Positions 10,979 through 20,534 of a stretch of 64,000 nt of DNA are shown one piece after another. Where the stretch lies: NCBI GenBank assembly GCA_965263355.1, contig CBDHHL010000032.1:3424001-3488000 (forward strand), given 5' to 3'. The DNA is from Leptolyngbyaceae cyanobacterium (lineage in GTDB: Bacteria; Cyanobacteriota; Cyanobacteriia; Phormidesmidales; Phormidesmidaceae). The number at the start of each line of letters is the position of its first letter. The first letter of the stretch is position 1. A program made the position numbers and the translations under genes. The notes under the pieces are model-generated. The model saw only the letters and a program-made list of their open reading frames with translations. It did not search any database and had not been told where the DNA came from.

Positions 10979-11323
10979 CTACTCAGCTGCAGGCTCGCCA
11001 TGGTTCATATCGCCATGGTCCATGCCGCTGTGGTCCATGCCGCTGTGGTCCATCATCAGCTCCATACTCGACGGACCAGCTGCCTTAATACCCATAGATA
11101 CTAGGCCAGAAGTTAATAACCCCATGGATACTAGACCTGTCGAGAGGACACCCATCGAAATGACACCGATGGAAATGATGCCGTGGGCAATGACGCCAAT
11201 GGAAATGACCCCATGGGCAGAAATACCAACTGCAACAAAACCGTGAGCGCCAATCCCCATAGAGAAAAACTTTTTCTGCTTAGGAGAACTCAAGGGTTGC
11301 GTTGTAGAGGTGCTATCTATCAC
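10979..11323 (-). CDS. Small Gly-rich hydrophobic pentapeptide-repeat protein with C-terminal MDHSG repeats
   Basis: G-x-x-x-x periodic hydrophobic run followed by MDHSGMDHSGMDHGDMNHG. Start uncertain; GTG 11323 chosen because it follows a good promoter. Confidence 0.7.
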   Translation of the reverse strand: MIDSTSTTQPLSSPKQKKFFSMGIGAHGFVAVGISAHGVISIGVIAHGIISIGVISMGVLSTGLVSMGLLTSGLVSMGIKAAGPSSMELMMDHSGMDHSGMDHGDMNHGEPAAE

Positions 11324-11349
11324 AGGTCGATGCTTTAAAGAACCTAGTG

Positions 11350-11379
11350 ATACTAATTCCCTGGGTGTGGCGATGTCAA
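11350..11379 (-). promoter_or_regulatory. Putative sigma70-type promoter TTGACA-N18-TAGTAT
   Basis: Perfect -35 on the minus strand at 11379-11374 and a -10-like TAGTAT at 11355-11350. Confidence 0.5.
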
Positions 11380-11415
11380 AAGACAGGCTGTCATAGAAGC
11401 TAGAAGGGTTATCTA

Positions 11416-12249
11416 TCAACCTTTTACACCACTGCTGACTTCGCTAGGAACGATGTAGCGTTGCATGATGACAAAAAAGAGCAAAATAGGAGCCGTAGCG
11501 ATCACAGAGCCCGCTGCAATCAAACGCCAGTCAAGGGAGAAACTACCTGCTAAACGTGCGACCCCCAAGGGCAAGGTGTAGTATTCAGGTCGATTGAGTA
11601 CTAAGAGGGGCCAGAGAAAATCACCCCAGGAGCCGATAAAGACAAAAATGGCCAGGGTAACCAGAGCTGGACGTACCGATGGGATCATAATGTGCCACCA
11701 GATACCTAGCTCTGAGCAGCCATCAATACGAGAGGCCTCTTCTAATTCTTTGGGGACATTTTGAAATGCCTGACGCATCAGAAAAATACCAAATGCAGAG
11801 GCGATGGCAGGAAAAATAACGCCCAGATAGCTATTGGTCAGACCAAGCTGTACGGTGAGAATATACAGCGGAATCATCACAATTTGAAATGGGATCAGGA
11901 TGGTGGCGACTATTAACGAGAAGATTAGCTCACGTCCGCGAAAATTTAGTCTTGCTAGAGGATAGGCCGCCAGAGAACAGAATAGTAAATTTAGAGCTAC
12001 GGTAACAGCGGCAATCAGGGTACTGTTAACGAAATAGCGACCAAAGGGTTCGGCCTGCCACACGTTGACAAAGTTGCTAACAGTAGGTTCTTGGGGAATA
12101 AAGCGAGGGGGAAACTCAAAAATATTTTCGGTGCCGGATTTAAAGGCGGTGCTGAGCAGCCATAGAAGGGGAAGGAGCATTGCGATCGCAATTCCCCCCA
12201 AAAGCGCATAAATTAGGACCAACTCCCACCAACGCTTCTGCTTCAACAT
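11416..12249 (-). CDS. Carbohydrate ABC transporter permease (MalG/LacG-like)
   Basis: EAA loop (ELEEASRIDGCS) and 6 TM segments. Confidence 0.92.
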   Translation of the reverse strand: MLKQKRWWELVLIYALLGGIAIAMLLPLLWLLSTAFKSGTENIFEFPPRFIPQEPTVSNFVNVWQAEPFGRYFVNSTLIAAVTVALNLLFCSLAAYPLARLNFRGRELIFSLIVATILIPFQIVMIPLYILTVQLGLTNSYLGVIFPAIASAFGIFLMRQAFQNVPKELEEASRIDGCSELGIWWHIMIPSVRPALVTLAIFVFIGSWGDFLWPLLVLNRPEYYTLPLGVARLAGSFSLDWRLIAAGSVIATAPILLFFVIMQRYIVPSEVSSGVKG

Positions 12250-12259
12250 AACCTCCCCC

Positions 12260-13117
12260 CTAGCCAAACGTACGTCTCTGCATCAGCCAAAAACCAGCAA
12301 AGGACTCCGAATCAGGATTATCCTGAACGGCCACAAAATGTACCTGATTCGCCTGCTCCTTGGCAGCCATAAACTCTTCAGCAACTTGTTTAAGCTCCGG
12401 TCGATTAAGACCTGCCATGATCCAAGTATCATTGCTGCCGGTTTCTAACAATAGCTGAGAGAGGGCGCCAAACTGCACATCCAAATAAGCCAATTCCAGT
12501 CCCGACATCCAACCTGCCAAGGGCAGTGCTCGCTCCGAAAAAATCAAGATACCGGGTACCAGCGTCTCAGGGCCAATGCCCGTTAACTCCAAAGGAAATG
12601 ATTCGCCAAATCCAATATCCCAATCCGGCATATCAGCAAAGTCCTTGGCCGGTAAACTGACCATCGCCCAACGATCCCCCATCAGGGCATCAGGCAGTGG
12701 CCGGGCAGCTTCTACCGGTTGCGATGTAGACGGTGCTTTACCTGCTTGATACCCTGGCTGCTGCGGATAAAAGTTTTCGCGACGGTCTTCTATCCAACTT
12801 TGTAAGGTAAGGGTGCGACGACTCAACCGTACCGATATGCCTAACTCATCGCAGGCCCGCTTAATCATGTTCTGCATTTGATAGCGAAAAAACCGCAGTC
12901 GGATAGGGGCTTCTCCCGCTTGCGCAATGGCCTCTTCTAATGCTTGCTTTAACTCAATAGAATTGACTTGTTTATTCGACAGAAACTTGTTATAGCGCAG
13001 ACTAGAGCCGTCATTAACTGACTGTGCTCCGTCACAAACAAGGACTTCCCACAGCTTTTTCTGATTGTCATCTAAGATTGGGCGCGAGTAAAAATCAAGT
13101 TCCCATACCCTACCCAT
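12260..13117 (-). CDS. Tab2/Atab2 family RNA-binding protein
   Basis: WELDFYSRP start, LPLAGWMSGLE, and FAGFWL end. Confidence 0.9.
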   Translation of the reverse strand: MGRVWELDFYSRPILDDNQKKLWEVLVCDGAQSVNDGSSLRYNKFLSNKQVNSIELKQALEEAIAQAGEAPIRLRFFRYQMQNMIKRACDELGISVRLSRRTLTLQSWIEDRRENFYPQQPGYQAGKAPSTSQPVEAARPLPDALMGDRWAMVSLPAKDFADMPDWDIGFGESFPLELTGIGPETLVPGILIFSERALPLAGWMSGLELAYLDVQFGALSQLLLETGSNDTWIMAGLNRPELKQVAEEFMAAKEQANQVHFVAVQDNPDSESFAGFWLMQRRTFG

Positions 13118-13995
13118 TAGACATCTTGCTCCGCCAATAGTTTACCGGGGTCTGCAGCTCGCTCAGACGCTTCAGCCATAAGCTTATCAGCTTCTTTGAG
13201 AATCTCACCAGGATATTTCTCTAAGACTTTAGTAGACAGACTGATCCGCCCTTTTTCTTCATCCAGATTGAGCACCACCGCCTTAACTGGCTGTCCCACT
13301 GTAAACACATCCCCGATAGAGGGCACAAAACTTTTGCTGATTTGCTTAACGTGCAGTAGCCCCCGCACACCGTCAAAATCAACAAATACTCCAAAGGGCT
13401 TAATAGAGCCTACCTTACCGTCAATCAACTGACCTGGATTGAGCTGTCCTAGGGCAGCGGTGCGAGCTGCATTACGGTTGGATAGGACAAGTTTATTGCT
13501 CTCTTCACTCACCTCTAGAAACGCAACAGAGATCGTTTGACCCACTAGTGTTGACAGATCTTCAGGAGGATTCACCAAGTGAGAACGAGGTACGAAGCCA
13601 CGTAAGCCTTCCACATCGGCAATGACGCCACCTTTGTTGGTGCCAGTAACCGTGACATCGAGAATATCCTTATTGGCTTCGCGTTGTTCTAGCTGGGCCC
13701 AAACCTCTTTAATCTCTAGCTTACGGATAGATAAAATCACTTGACCGTTAGCATCCTGGTCACGCACAATCAGAAACTGCCGTTCGCTACCGACGGGAAC
13801 CGCTTCTTCAAGGGTGACGCTAGAGTCTACAGATGCTTCATGGGCTGGAAGAAAGGCCGCTGCTTTACCGCCAATATCTATATAAGCTCCATCATCAATA
13901 TGGCTATCCACCTTGCCCGTCACGACTGCTCCCTTTTGAAAGTTGAAGTCTTGTTGGTCAAGGGCTTTGAGAAAATCGTCAGCAGAAAAAGTCAA
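13117..13995 (-). CDS. S1 RNA-binding domain protein (ribosomal protein S1 homologue B)
   Basis: Three S1 domains (DIGGK, GLRGFVPRSH, FGVFVD). Confidence 0.9.
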   Translation of the reverse strand: MTFSADDFLKALDQQDFNFQKGAVVTGKVDSHIDDGAYIDIGGKAAAFLPAHEASVDSSVTLEEAVPVGSERQFLIVRDQDANGQVILSIRKLEIKEVWAQLEQREANKDILDVTVTGTNKGGVIADVEGLRGFVPRSHLVNPPEDLSTLVGQTISVAFLEVSEESNKLVLSNRNAARTAALGQLNPGQLIDGKVGSIKPFGVFVDFDGVRGLLHVKQISKSFVPSIGDVFTVGQPVKAVVLNLDEEKGRISLSTKVLEKYPGEILKEADKLMAEASERAADPGKLLAEQDV

Positions 13996-14101
13996 CGGTC
14001 TATGGCCTGTTAGGACAGGCTCCCATAAAAAAATTCAGTTTTCCAAGTGTAAATCAATTTTCGCTTAGCGAAATCTTAAATTTTGGCAATATACCGGCCA
14101 T

Positions 14102-14153
14102 AGGCCGCAGGCCGCAGGCCGCAGGTTGGGTAGAGCCCCGAAACCCAACCTGC
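14102..14153. repeat. 3 x 7-bp AGGCCGC repeat followed by a REP-like hairpin GCAGGTTGGGT...ACCCAACCTGC
   Basis: 11-bp perfect inverted arms at 14121-14131 and 14143-14153. Confidence 0.7.
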
Positions 14154-14194
14154 CCATAAGGCACCCATAGACCGTCATAGCCAGTGGGTACACA

Positions 14195-14938
14195 TCAACC
14201 AATCTTCTCCGCAAATAAAGCCTTTACCTTTTCCCAAGCATCAGCCGCAGCATCAGAATTGTAGCTACCCCGTCGGTCACAGAAAAAACCATGACCAGCC
14301 CCTTCATATTCAAAAATTTTATGGTCGATATTGGCCGCTTCTAAGGCTGTTCGTATTTGTCCAACGACTGCTGCAGGAATAGACGCATCTTCAGTACCAA
14401 AGAAGCAGTGGAGGGTACCCGTAATTTGTGGGGTGCGGGCTAGCGCGACTGGGTCAGGGCCAAATACTTGGTCGGGGATGCCTGCTCCATAAAAGGATGC
14501 GATCGCACTCGTATCCTTTAGCGTTGCTGCCAAATAAGCCACATGGCCACCAAAGCAAAAGCCAATGCAGCCAACACCGCCATCCTTTACCTGGGGTAAG
14601 GTTTTGGCATAGTCAATGGTGGCCTGGATATCACTTAGCAGTTCATCAGCCTTGGTTTGCACCTTATACTGACGACCCACCTGAATGTCCTCAGGGGTGT
14701 AGCCAGTTTCAAACCCAGGGGCCTGACGATGATAGAGGGCTGGGGCGAGGGCCACATACCCTTCGTGGGCAATGCGTTCAGTAATGTCTCGAATGTGGCT
14801 ATTGATGCCAAAAATTTCCTGCAATACAACCACGGCACCAAAGAGACCATCGCCGTTGGGCATAGCGACATATACCGGCAGTGTAATGTCACTGCTTTTG
14901 ACCTCAATGGTTTTAGTTTCAATCGTTGGAGTGGCCAT
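14195..14938 (-). CDS. Dienelactone hydrolase family protein
   Basis: QEIFG, GFCFGG nucleophile motif, AGHGF. Confidence 0.93.
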   Translation of the reverse strand: MATPTIETKTIEVKSSDITLPVYVAMPNGDGLFGAVVVLQEIFGINSHIRDITERIAHEGYVALAPALYHRQAPGFETGYTPEDIQVGRQYKVQTKADELLSDIQATIDYAKTLPQVKDGGVGCIGFCFGGHVAYLAATLKDTSAIASFYGAGIPDQVFGPDPVALARTPQITGTLHCFFGTEDASIPAAVVGQIRTALEAANIDHKIFEYEGAGHGFFCDRRGSYNSDAAADAWEKVKALFAEKIG

Positions 14939-15201
14939 AGTTCCAGGGTGCAATTTACCGCTTTTATTTTGCCGTTCCCAGGTATTTTTGTCGCCTTAGC
15001 TCAGACCAAACTTTGTATGGTTAACGACTTTATTTTCTAAAGTTTTGTATCCTATGCCAGTCAAATGAGAATTGTCACATGTCAAAACCCGGTTTCACGA
15101 GTAACCTCTATGTAATGTTGGGTAGCCTGGTTGTGGTTTGCGCTATTTCTAGGTGCCAACCCCCTTAAAGTCCCTTGTTAGACGGTTACTGAACGCGATC
15201 C

Positions 15202-16188
15202 ATGGTGCAATTTCATATTCAGACCGATAGCGAAATTCCGGCGTCTACTCAGCTTTACGATCAGATTTGGTTTGCGATCGCATCCCGCCAGTATCCACCT
15301 GGATACCGTTTGCCCAGTACCCGGCAGCTAGCCATGCAGACGGGGTTGCACCGTAATACCATCAGTAAGGTTTACCGCCAGCTAGAAGAAGCGGGGGTGG
15401 TTGAGGCCCAACCTGGATCTGGTATCTATGTGCGTACCCAGGGCAGTGTAGAGATTGACAAGCCTCGGTCACCACTACTGGCCCAGTTTCCTAAGGCTCA
15501 GGAACTGGTAGAAAGTAGTTTAGATGAGTTGCTGCGTCAGGGCTGTTCACTACATCAGGCCCGTGAACTATTTCTCGGTGAAATCGACTGGCGTTTGCGC
15601 TGCAGTGCCCGTGTGTTAGTGACTACACCTCGTCAGGATATCGGTGCAGGTGAGCTGATGGTGCGTGAACTAGAACAGGCTCTACGGATTCCTGTACAGC
15701 TGGTTCCCTTAGAAGAACTGGAAGATGTACTGTCCCAGACGCGCTCTGGTACGGTTGTGACGAGTCGTTATTTTATCAATGAGGCAGAAGCGATTGCTGC
15801 ACCGAAGTCTGTTCGTGTTATCCCCATTGATATCTATGACTATGCTGAAGAGTTGGGCCAACTAAAAGACCTACCTAAAGATACTTGTCTTGGCCTGGTG
15901 AGTCTCAGTTCTGGCATTCTTCGAGCCGCCGAAGTGTTGTCCTACAGCCTGCGGGGCGATGAAATTTTAGTCATGACTGCCCAAGCCGAAGATGACCAAA
16001 AACTCTCGGCGGTTGTGCGTAGTGCGCAAACTATAGCTGCTTTAGATAAGGCTAGTTTCCCAGCGATTAAAGAAGCTTTGCAAGCGGCCCGAGAGGACAT
16101 TATCCGCCCACCAAAAGTCTTCTGCTGTGAGAATTATATTGGAGAAAAATCCATTGAGGTGCTGAAGCGAGAGTTGGGCCTCGATTAA
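15202..16188 (+). CDS. plmA: GntR-family transcriptional regulator PlmA
   Basis: MVQFHIQTDSEIPASTQL start, LPSTRQLA HTH, and the cyanobacterial PlmA-type C-domain (WRLRCSARVLV). Confidence 0.88.
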   Translation: MVQFHIQTDSEIPASTQLYDQIWFAIASRQYPPGYRLPSTRQLAMQTGLHRNTISKVYRQLEEAGVVEAQPGSGIYVRTQGSVEIDKPRSPLLAQFPKAQELVESSLDELLRQGCSLHQARELFLGEIDWRLRCSARVLVTTPRQDIGAGELMVRELEQALRIPVQLVPLEELEDVLSQTRSGTVVTSRYFINEAEAIAAPKSVRVIPIDIYDYAEELGQLKDLPKDTCLGLVSLSSGILRAAEVLSYSLRGDEILVMTAQAEDDQKLSAVVRSAQTIAALDKASFPAIKEALQAAREDIIRPPKVFCCENYIGEKSIEVLKRELGLD

Positions 16189-16304
16189 TTCCAGGTCAAT
16201 CGCATTGAAGAGTTTTAAAATAACTCTGTTGTCAAATTACATCAACTGCAAACCCTGTCATTTTTATGTCAGGGAAATGATGTTTTACATCTCAAGACGC
16301 TATG

Positions 16305-17456
16305 CTAGGACTGCCAAGTATAGTTAACGCTATACTGTGAGTCAATATTTCGCAGCTGTTCCTTTAATGAAGAGATCTGATTAGATTTGGGTGTGGCGTT
16401 TAAAAATAGTTCTTTAATAGTATTTGCATGGGCTTCGAAGAGGTCTTTTTCGGAGCCATCTAAATGTTGTTCAATATTATCTATAAGGGTTTCGAGTGCA
16501 AAAATCACGAGTTCCCATCTAACATTTGTTAATGAAAAAGCCTGTAGACAAACTGGCAACAGTTTAGTTTTAATGACTGATACGCTGTCTTCTAAGATGC
16601 ATAGCCAGATATAGCATTGAAACATGTTGAGGTCACGTATACTAGAACGCTGGACAGCTTTAGATTGAATACGACCTTGAGAGCTAATATGGTGAGGAAA
16701 GGTTTGTAATACCTTTCGATAGGTGATTGCTGAGATTGAATCTACTTTGGGCATCATCCGTTTGGCTAGGGAAATTGCCCCAGGGTTGTGACTAATGTTT
16801 GAGGCAATTGAACAAATATTCTGCCAAGGCATACAGATAAGTTCGTCTAAAACTTGTAAATAGGGTGCGACCCAGATAATCTCATTCAGATCAAGATGAC
16901 TAAGAATAAGCCGTTGAATAAACTGCATATGGGTGATCATAAACCCAAGCAGATGTCGGTTTATAGATGAAAAGTATACGGCTTTTAGCTCACGCAGCAA
17001 GGGGCCTATGGTCAGCATTAAGGTTTCAAACTTGGGTATGATTAACTCTGCTGCCTGCAGTTGCCCATGTTCTGACTCAATAATATGTAAATAATCTAAA
17101 ATGGGTGAGAAAATGAAAGATTTCTCATAATACTCTATGAGTGTTTCATAGATCTCATAGAGATGAACAATAAGATTCTGTAATTCCCAGCTATCAGTCA
17201 GGATACCTGCTTTTGATAAAAGCCGTTGTGTATCAGCAGACGCAAGACCACAATCAGAGGCTAAATGATGCCGAATTTTATTAGCCGTAATCTGGCGTGA
17301 TTCATCTGAAATTGTTCCCCTCAAACGCTGCTCTATATGAGGTCTAACCTGGCTAGAGATTGCTCCTAGATCTGGGAGATAGCGAACAACCCATATTTTT
17401 AGAAATTCAGTGTCGGAGTTGGTTTCTTTTGGCTGAACTTTCTTAACCTCGTGCAT
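16305..17456 (-). CDS. Hypothetical all-helical protein
   Basis: Long uninterrupted AT-rich ORF; no motif recognised with confidence. ATG 17456 chosen as start. Confidence 0.65.
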   Translation of the reverse strand: MHEVKKVQPKETNSDTEFLKIWVVRYLPDLGAISSQVRPHIEQRLRGTISDESRQITANKIRHHLASDCGLASADTQRLLSKAGILTDSWELQNLIVHLYEIYETLIEYYEKSFIFSPILDYLHIIESEHGQLQAAELIIPKFETLMLTIGPLLRELKAVYFSSINRHLLGFMITHMQFIQRLILSHLDLNEIIWVAPYLQVLDELICMPWQNICSIASNISHNPGAISLAKRMMPKVDSISAITYRKVLQTFPHHISSQGRIQSKAVQRSSIRDLNMFQCYIWLCILEDSVSVIKTKLLPVCLQAFSLTNVRWELVIFALETLIDNIEQHLDGSEKDLFEAHANTIKELFLNATPKSNQISSLKEQLRNIDSQYSVNYTWQS

Positions 17457-17492
17457 TCTGCAGAAAAGGGGTGGTATGTTGATCAACAATCA

Positions 17493-17543
17493 ACGCTGCG
17501 ATACTGTTCCCTCTCAGAATGATTGGCGAGAACATCGCAGCGT
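17493..17543. other. Intergenic stem-loop between the roadblock-like gene and the downstream hypothetical gene
   Basis: ACGCTGCGAT...ATCGCAGCGT arms plus an inner TGTTC/GAACA pair. Confidence 0.55.
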
Positions 17544-17582
17544 CGGTCTAATACGTTTGGACTTGATCAGCAAAAATTAAGA

Positions 17583-17960
17583 CTACATTCGTAGATTTTG
17601 CTCAATCTGGCGTAGTTTGATCCGCGCTAGCCCTAAGTTAGCTTTCTCGCGATCCATCACCAAATAGAAGAAAACCCCTTCAGCTGTATGACATATACGG
17701 ATTAAGTGATACTGATCTTGTAGGGTAATGAGAATGTCTTCAATAGGTGACGTAATCTGTAGACCATCACGCGCTCTATTTTTGGCTTTAATCACCTCGG
17801 CATTAAGGGCGATTGCTTGTTCTAACTTTAAAGTAGAAAAAGCACTGTCATTTAGGCTTGCTTGTCCTAAAGAAAAACCCGTGCTCCAATCTCCAATGGC
17901 AGCACCAATAGTGCCATCAATAGATAAGGCCTTTTGAATAGATTCTTTAATATTGTCCAT
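17583..17960 (-). CDS. Roadblock/LC7 (MglB-like) domain protein
   Basis: SIDGTIGAAIGD, IEDILITLQDQYHLIR and ANLGLAR are typical of the small roadblock-like family. Confidence 0.75.
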   Translation of the reverse strand: MDNIKESIQKALSIDGTIGAAIGDWSTGFSLGQASLNDSAFSTLKLEQAIALNAEVIKAKNRARDGLQITSPIEDILITLQDQYHLIRICHTAEGVFFYLVMDREKANLGLARIKLRQIEQNLRM

Positions 17961-18791
17961 CGTAAGGTGCAATAACCTCAGTACAAAAAATATACAACAT
18001 TAATGCAATGTGCCAAATTTGACACGAGACTATAGAAACCAGATTTATAAATCATGCTGTTGCCAGATCCAATCTAGATTCTATGACATAAACAGATGCA
18101 CCGTATACCAATATTCGCTGAGTAGATATATTTTATTGCTTTTTAGAGGTTTAAGTAATGCAACATATCTAAAAAGCTATTTGTATGCTCTTAGTCTGTC
18201 AAGCCACTAGGTTGTTAACAATAATACAATTGGCATCTTGTTGATGTCTTTACATACAGATTAAAAGTGATGAAAACTAGGCGAAGTATTCTGATGCTCA
18301 GTTTCTATCATTAGTGCGAAAGTCTTCGATATACAAGGCTGTTAGCACTTTTGAAAAGAACGTTAATTCATTTTCTGCTCCGTGCTGTTTGGGGGAAATA
18401 ACGATGCCAGACTGCGCCATCAAGTGTGAGTAGGTGTTGCAATCTCCATTACCGACTATGTGTTAGTACGTAATCATGCTAGTTTTGTGATGCTTTTAAG
18501 GCTGTAATTTAAGATCGCAACAACATTACCAACCCTTGCCCTTCCAGGACATTGGAGGTATGACCAGTTTTGCTCCAATTAGCTCCGACACTTTGAGTGC
18601 AGGGCAGTATACGCAATTTACTAATCCAAGTGTGTATCCTCTCCAATGGGGCTAACCGAGTTAGATAAATTTTTGCGGGTGTTCTCAAGTCAGTCCTGCA
18701 AAGGACGACCTACCAAGGAATAACTATACGCAAGGGGGTAAGGCCTAAAATTGCCCCCTTGCATACCAAAATCGTCGCTTACTGCGCTGGC

Positions 18792-19682
18792 ATGTATACA
18801 CCAGAGGAGATTCAGCACCAGTTTGATGCCGCTACTCTCAAGTATTTGCAAAATAAAAATAGAGGCGGTAGTAGTGGGCAAAAAGGAACTCGTTATGAAG
18901 ATTATTTTGCTGTGTATAAGCTTACACAGTTGGCTCGGGGAATTATAGAGTTCGGGTCAAGGGTTCATTTTTCCAGCCAGCTGCTGGCCTTTGTCGATGA
19001 CCTGGTTATCGATATCAATGGTGAGCGGCGACAGCACTATCAGCTCAAAAATAGTTCCAATGTCGCCTGGGCTAGTGGTAAACACCCGATCCAGGCAGAC
19101 TTTGCCAATCAACAGCGTCTGAATCAAAACTACCCCCATCGGAGTCATCTCTTCTTAGTAGTCGCTGATAAAGCCTGTGCGACTCGTCTAGTAGCCAATA
19201 TTCCAGCCGATATTCAGCCGTTTAGCCGTGTAGTCTATTTTCCTTATGCCCCTGACATCATGGCTTTGCTTGAGCAGGTGCCAGGGTTTAAAGACGCATT
19301 GACCTACCTCTCTGCGTTTGAAAATCCTGAACCCGACAAGCTCGACTATGTTGCCAAAGCCTTGATCGGAGCCTGGGTTACCAGCAACTTTATAAATGTT
19401 TCTGGTAAAGACCTATTGTTAATTGCTCAACGTCAGACACCCCAGTACATTCGAAGTTTTACAACGAACTTAGAATTAGAGCCCCAATTTGAAAAAATTC
19501 TAAGGAATATTGAAGACTTAGAATATAATCTAGCCAAGGGCTTCTTGCACTGGGACTATGCAGATGGGCTACAATATGGTACTCAGCCTTACAGCATTGA
19601 GACCGACGCCTTTCGTCGACTTCAGGAACGCATTATTCATCACAATCCTAGAACTTTTGAGGAGCTGGAGCCTCTGCTATGA
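18792..19682 (+). CDS. Putative PD-(D/E)xK nuclease (Cap4/DUF4297-like N-terminal domain)
   Basis: GGSSGQKGTRYEDYF helix, VDDLVI, HYQLK (D...QxK variant). ATG 18792 start. Confidence 0.7.
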   Translation: MYTPEEIQHQFDAATLKYLQNKNRGGSSGQKGTRYEDYFAVYKLTQLARGIIEFGSRVHFSSQLLAFVDDLVIDINGERRQHYQLKNSSNVAWASGKHPIQADFANQQRLNQNYPHRSHLFLVVADKACATRLVANIPADIQPFSRVVYFPYAPDIMALLEQVPGFKDALTYLSAFENPEPDKLDYVAKALIGAWVTSNFINVSGKDLLLIAQRQTPQYIRSFTTNLELEPQFEKILRNIEDLEYNLAKGFLHWDYADGLQYGTQPYSIETDAFRRLQERIIHHNPRTFEELEPLL

Positions 19683-20404
19683 CTCGTCATTATTCTGCCG
19701 CAGCTGATAAGAGTGCCAAACGGTTACTAAACCGAATAGCAGATAAATCCACTTGTCCTCAGGACTATCGGACAGCTATGACCAAGCTAGGGAACCACCT
19801 AGGTCAGGCTCTGCTTAGCGCTATAGACAGTAGTTCTGGTAATACTGGCAAAAGGGCCTACTTGGTGGCGACAGCAGAAGACGCAGATTTTGTTGCGCAA
19901 GGGGTTTTACAGGAGTTAGAGCCTCATTTTGCCTCGATTGGCTTTGCCTGTGTTTGGAATGAGCCTCAGTCTTTGTATGGTTTGCAGTCTTTGGATGTGG
20001 CTCCTATCCTGAAGCAATACAAAGAGCCTGTGGGCCGGGTAGACTATCTTATTATTGTTAAGTCGATTATTTCGCGGGGGAGTGTAGTCAGGGCGAATTT
20101 GCAAAACCTGACTCACAACCTACAGCCCCGTGAAATCTTGATTGCGGCTCCTGTGATCCATGCCCGAGCAGAAGCCTCCTTACGGCAGGCTTTTCCCCAA
20201 GACATAATCGATAAGTTGCGGTTTTTCTATTTTGCTCAGGATGATGAGCGTACCGCTGATGGTGAAGTGATACCGGGTATAGGTGGCATGGTGTTCGAAC
20301 GATTGGGGTTTCATGGGCAAGCGGCTGTAAGTCGCTATGTGCCTGATATTGTTCAGCAGCGTCGTCGTAATATCTTGCAGCGTCGTAAGACTAAGGTGTC
20401 TTAG
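19679..20404 (+). CDS. Uracil phosphoribosyltransferase-like (PRTase fold) protein with a degenerate PRPP loop
   Basis: DYRTAMTKLGNHL and GEVIPGIGG resemble UPRT elements; IIVKSIISRGS stands where VDPMLATGGS is expected. ATGA overlap with the upstream gene. Confidence 0.65.
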   Translation: MTRHYSAAADKSAKRLLNRIADKSTCPQDYRTAMTKLGNHLGQALLSAIDSSSGNTGKRAYLVATAEDADFVAQGVLQELEPHFASIGFACVWNEPQSLYGLQSLDVAPILKQYKEPVGRVDYLIIVKSIISRGSVVRANLQNLTHNLQPREILIAAPVIHARAEASLRQAFPQDIIDKLRFFYFAQDDERTADGEVIPGIGGMVFERLGFHGQAAVSRYVPDIVQQRRRNILQRRKTKVS

Positions 20405-20409
20405 CAAAC

Positions 20410-20441
20410 AGCGTTCCTTTAGACTCCGCTCAAGGAACGCT
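20410..20441 (+). terminator. Stem-loop after the nuclease-PRTase pair
   Basis: AGCGTTCCTT...AAGGAACGCT 10-bp arms; weak U tail. Confidence 0.5.
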
Positions 20442-20534
20442 TCTAGTAATTTGTTTCATTAGGCCAAGCGAGCAGTTGTGCGGAAACCTGAGAAGTGAAC
20501 GGGAATCACTAGTCAAGGTTATTCTGGAAATCCT

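Noticed and set aside
18010..18760. Short ORFs in the AT-rich spacer, including a 31-aa ORF near 18560-18655
   Set aside because: No recognisable motif, and the Shine-Dalgarno spacing is poor; could be a gene remnant but this is unsupported.
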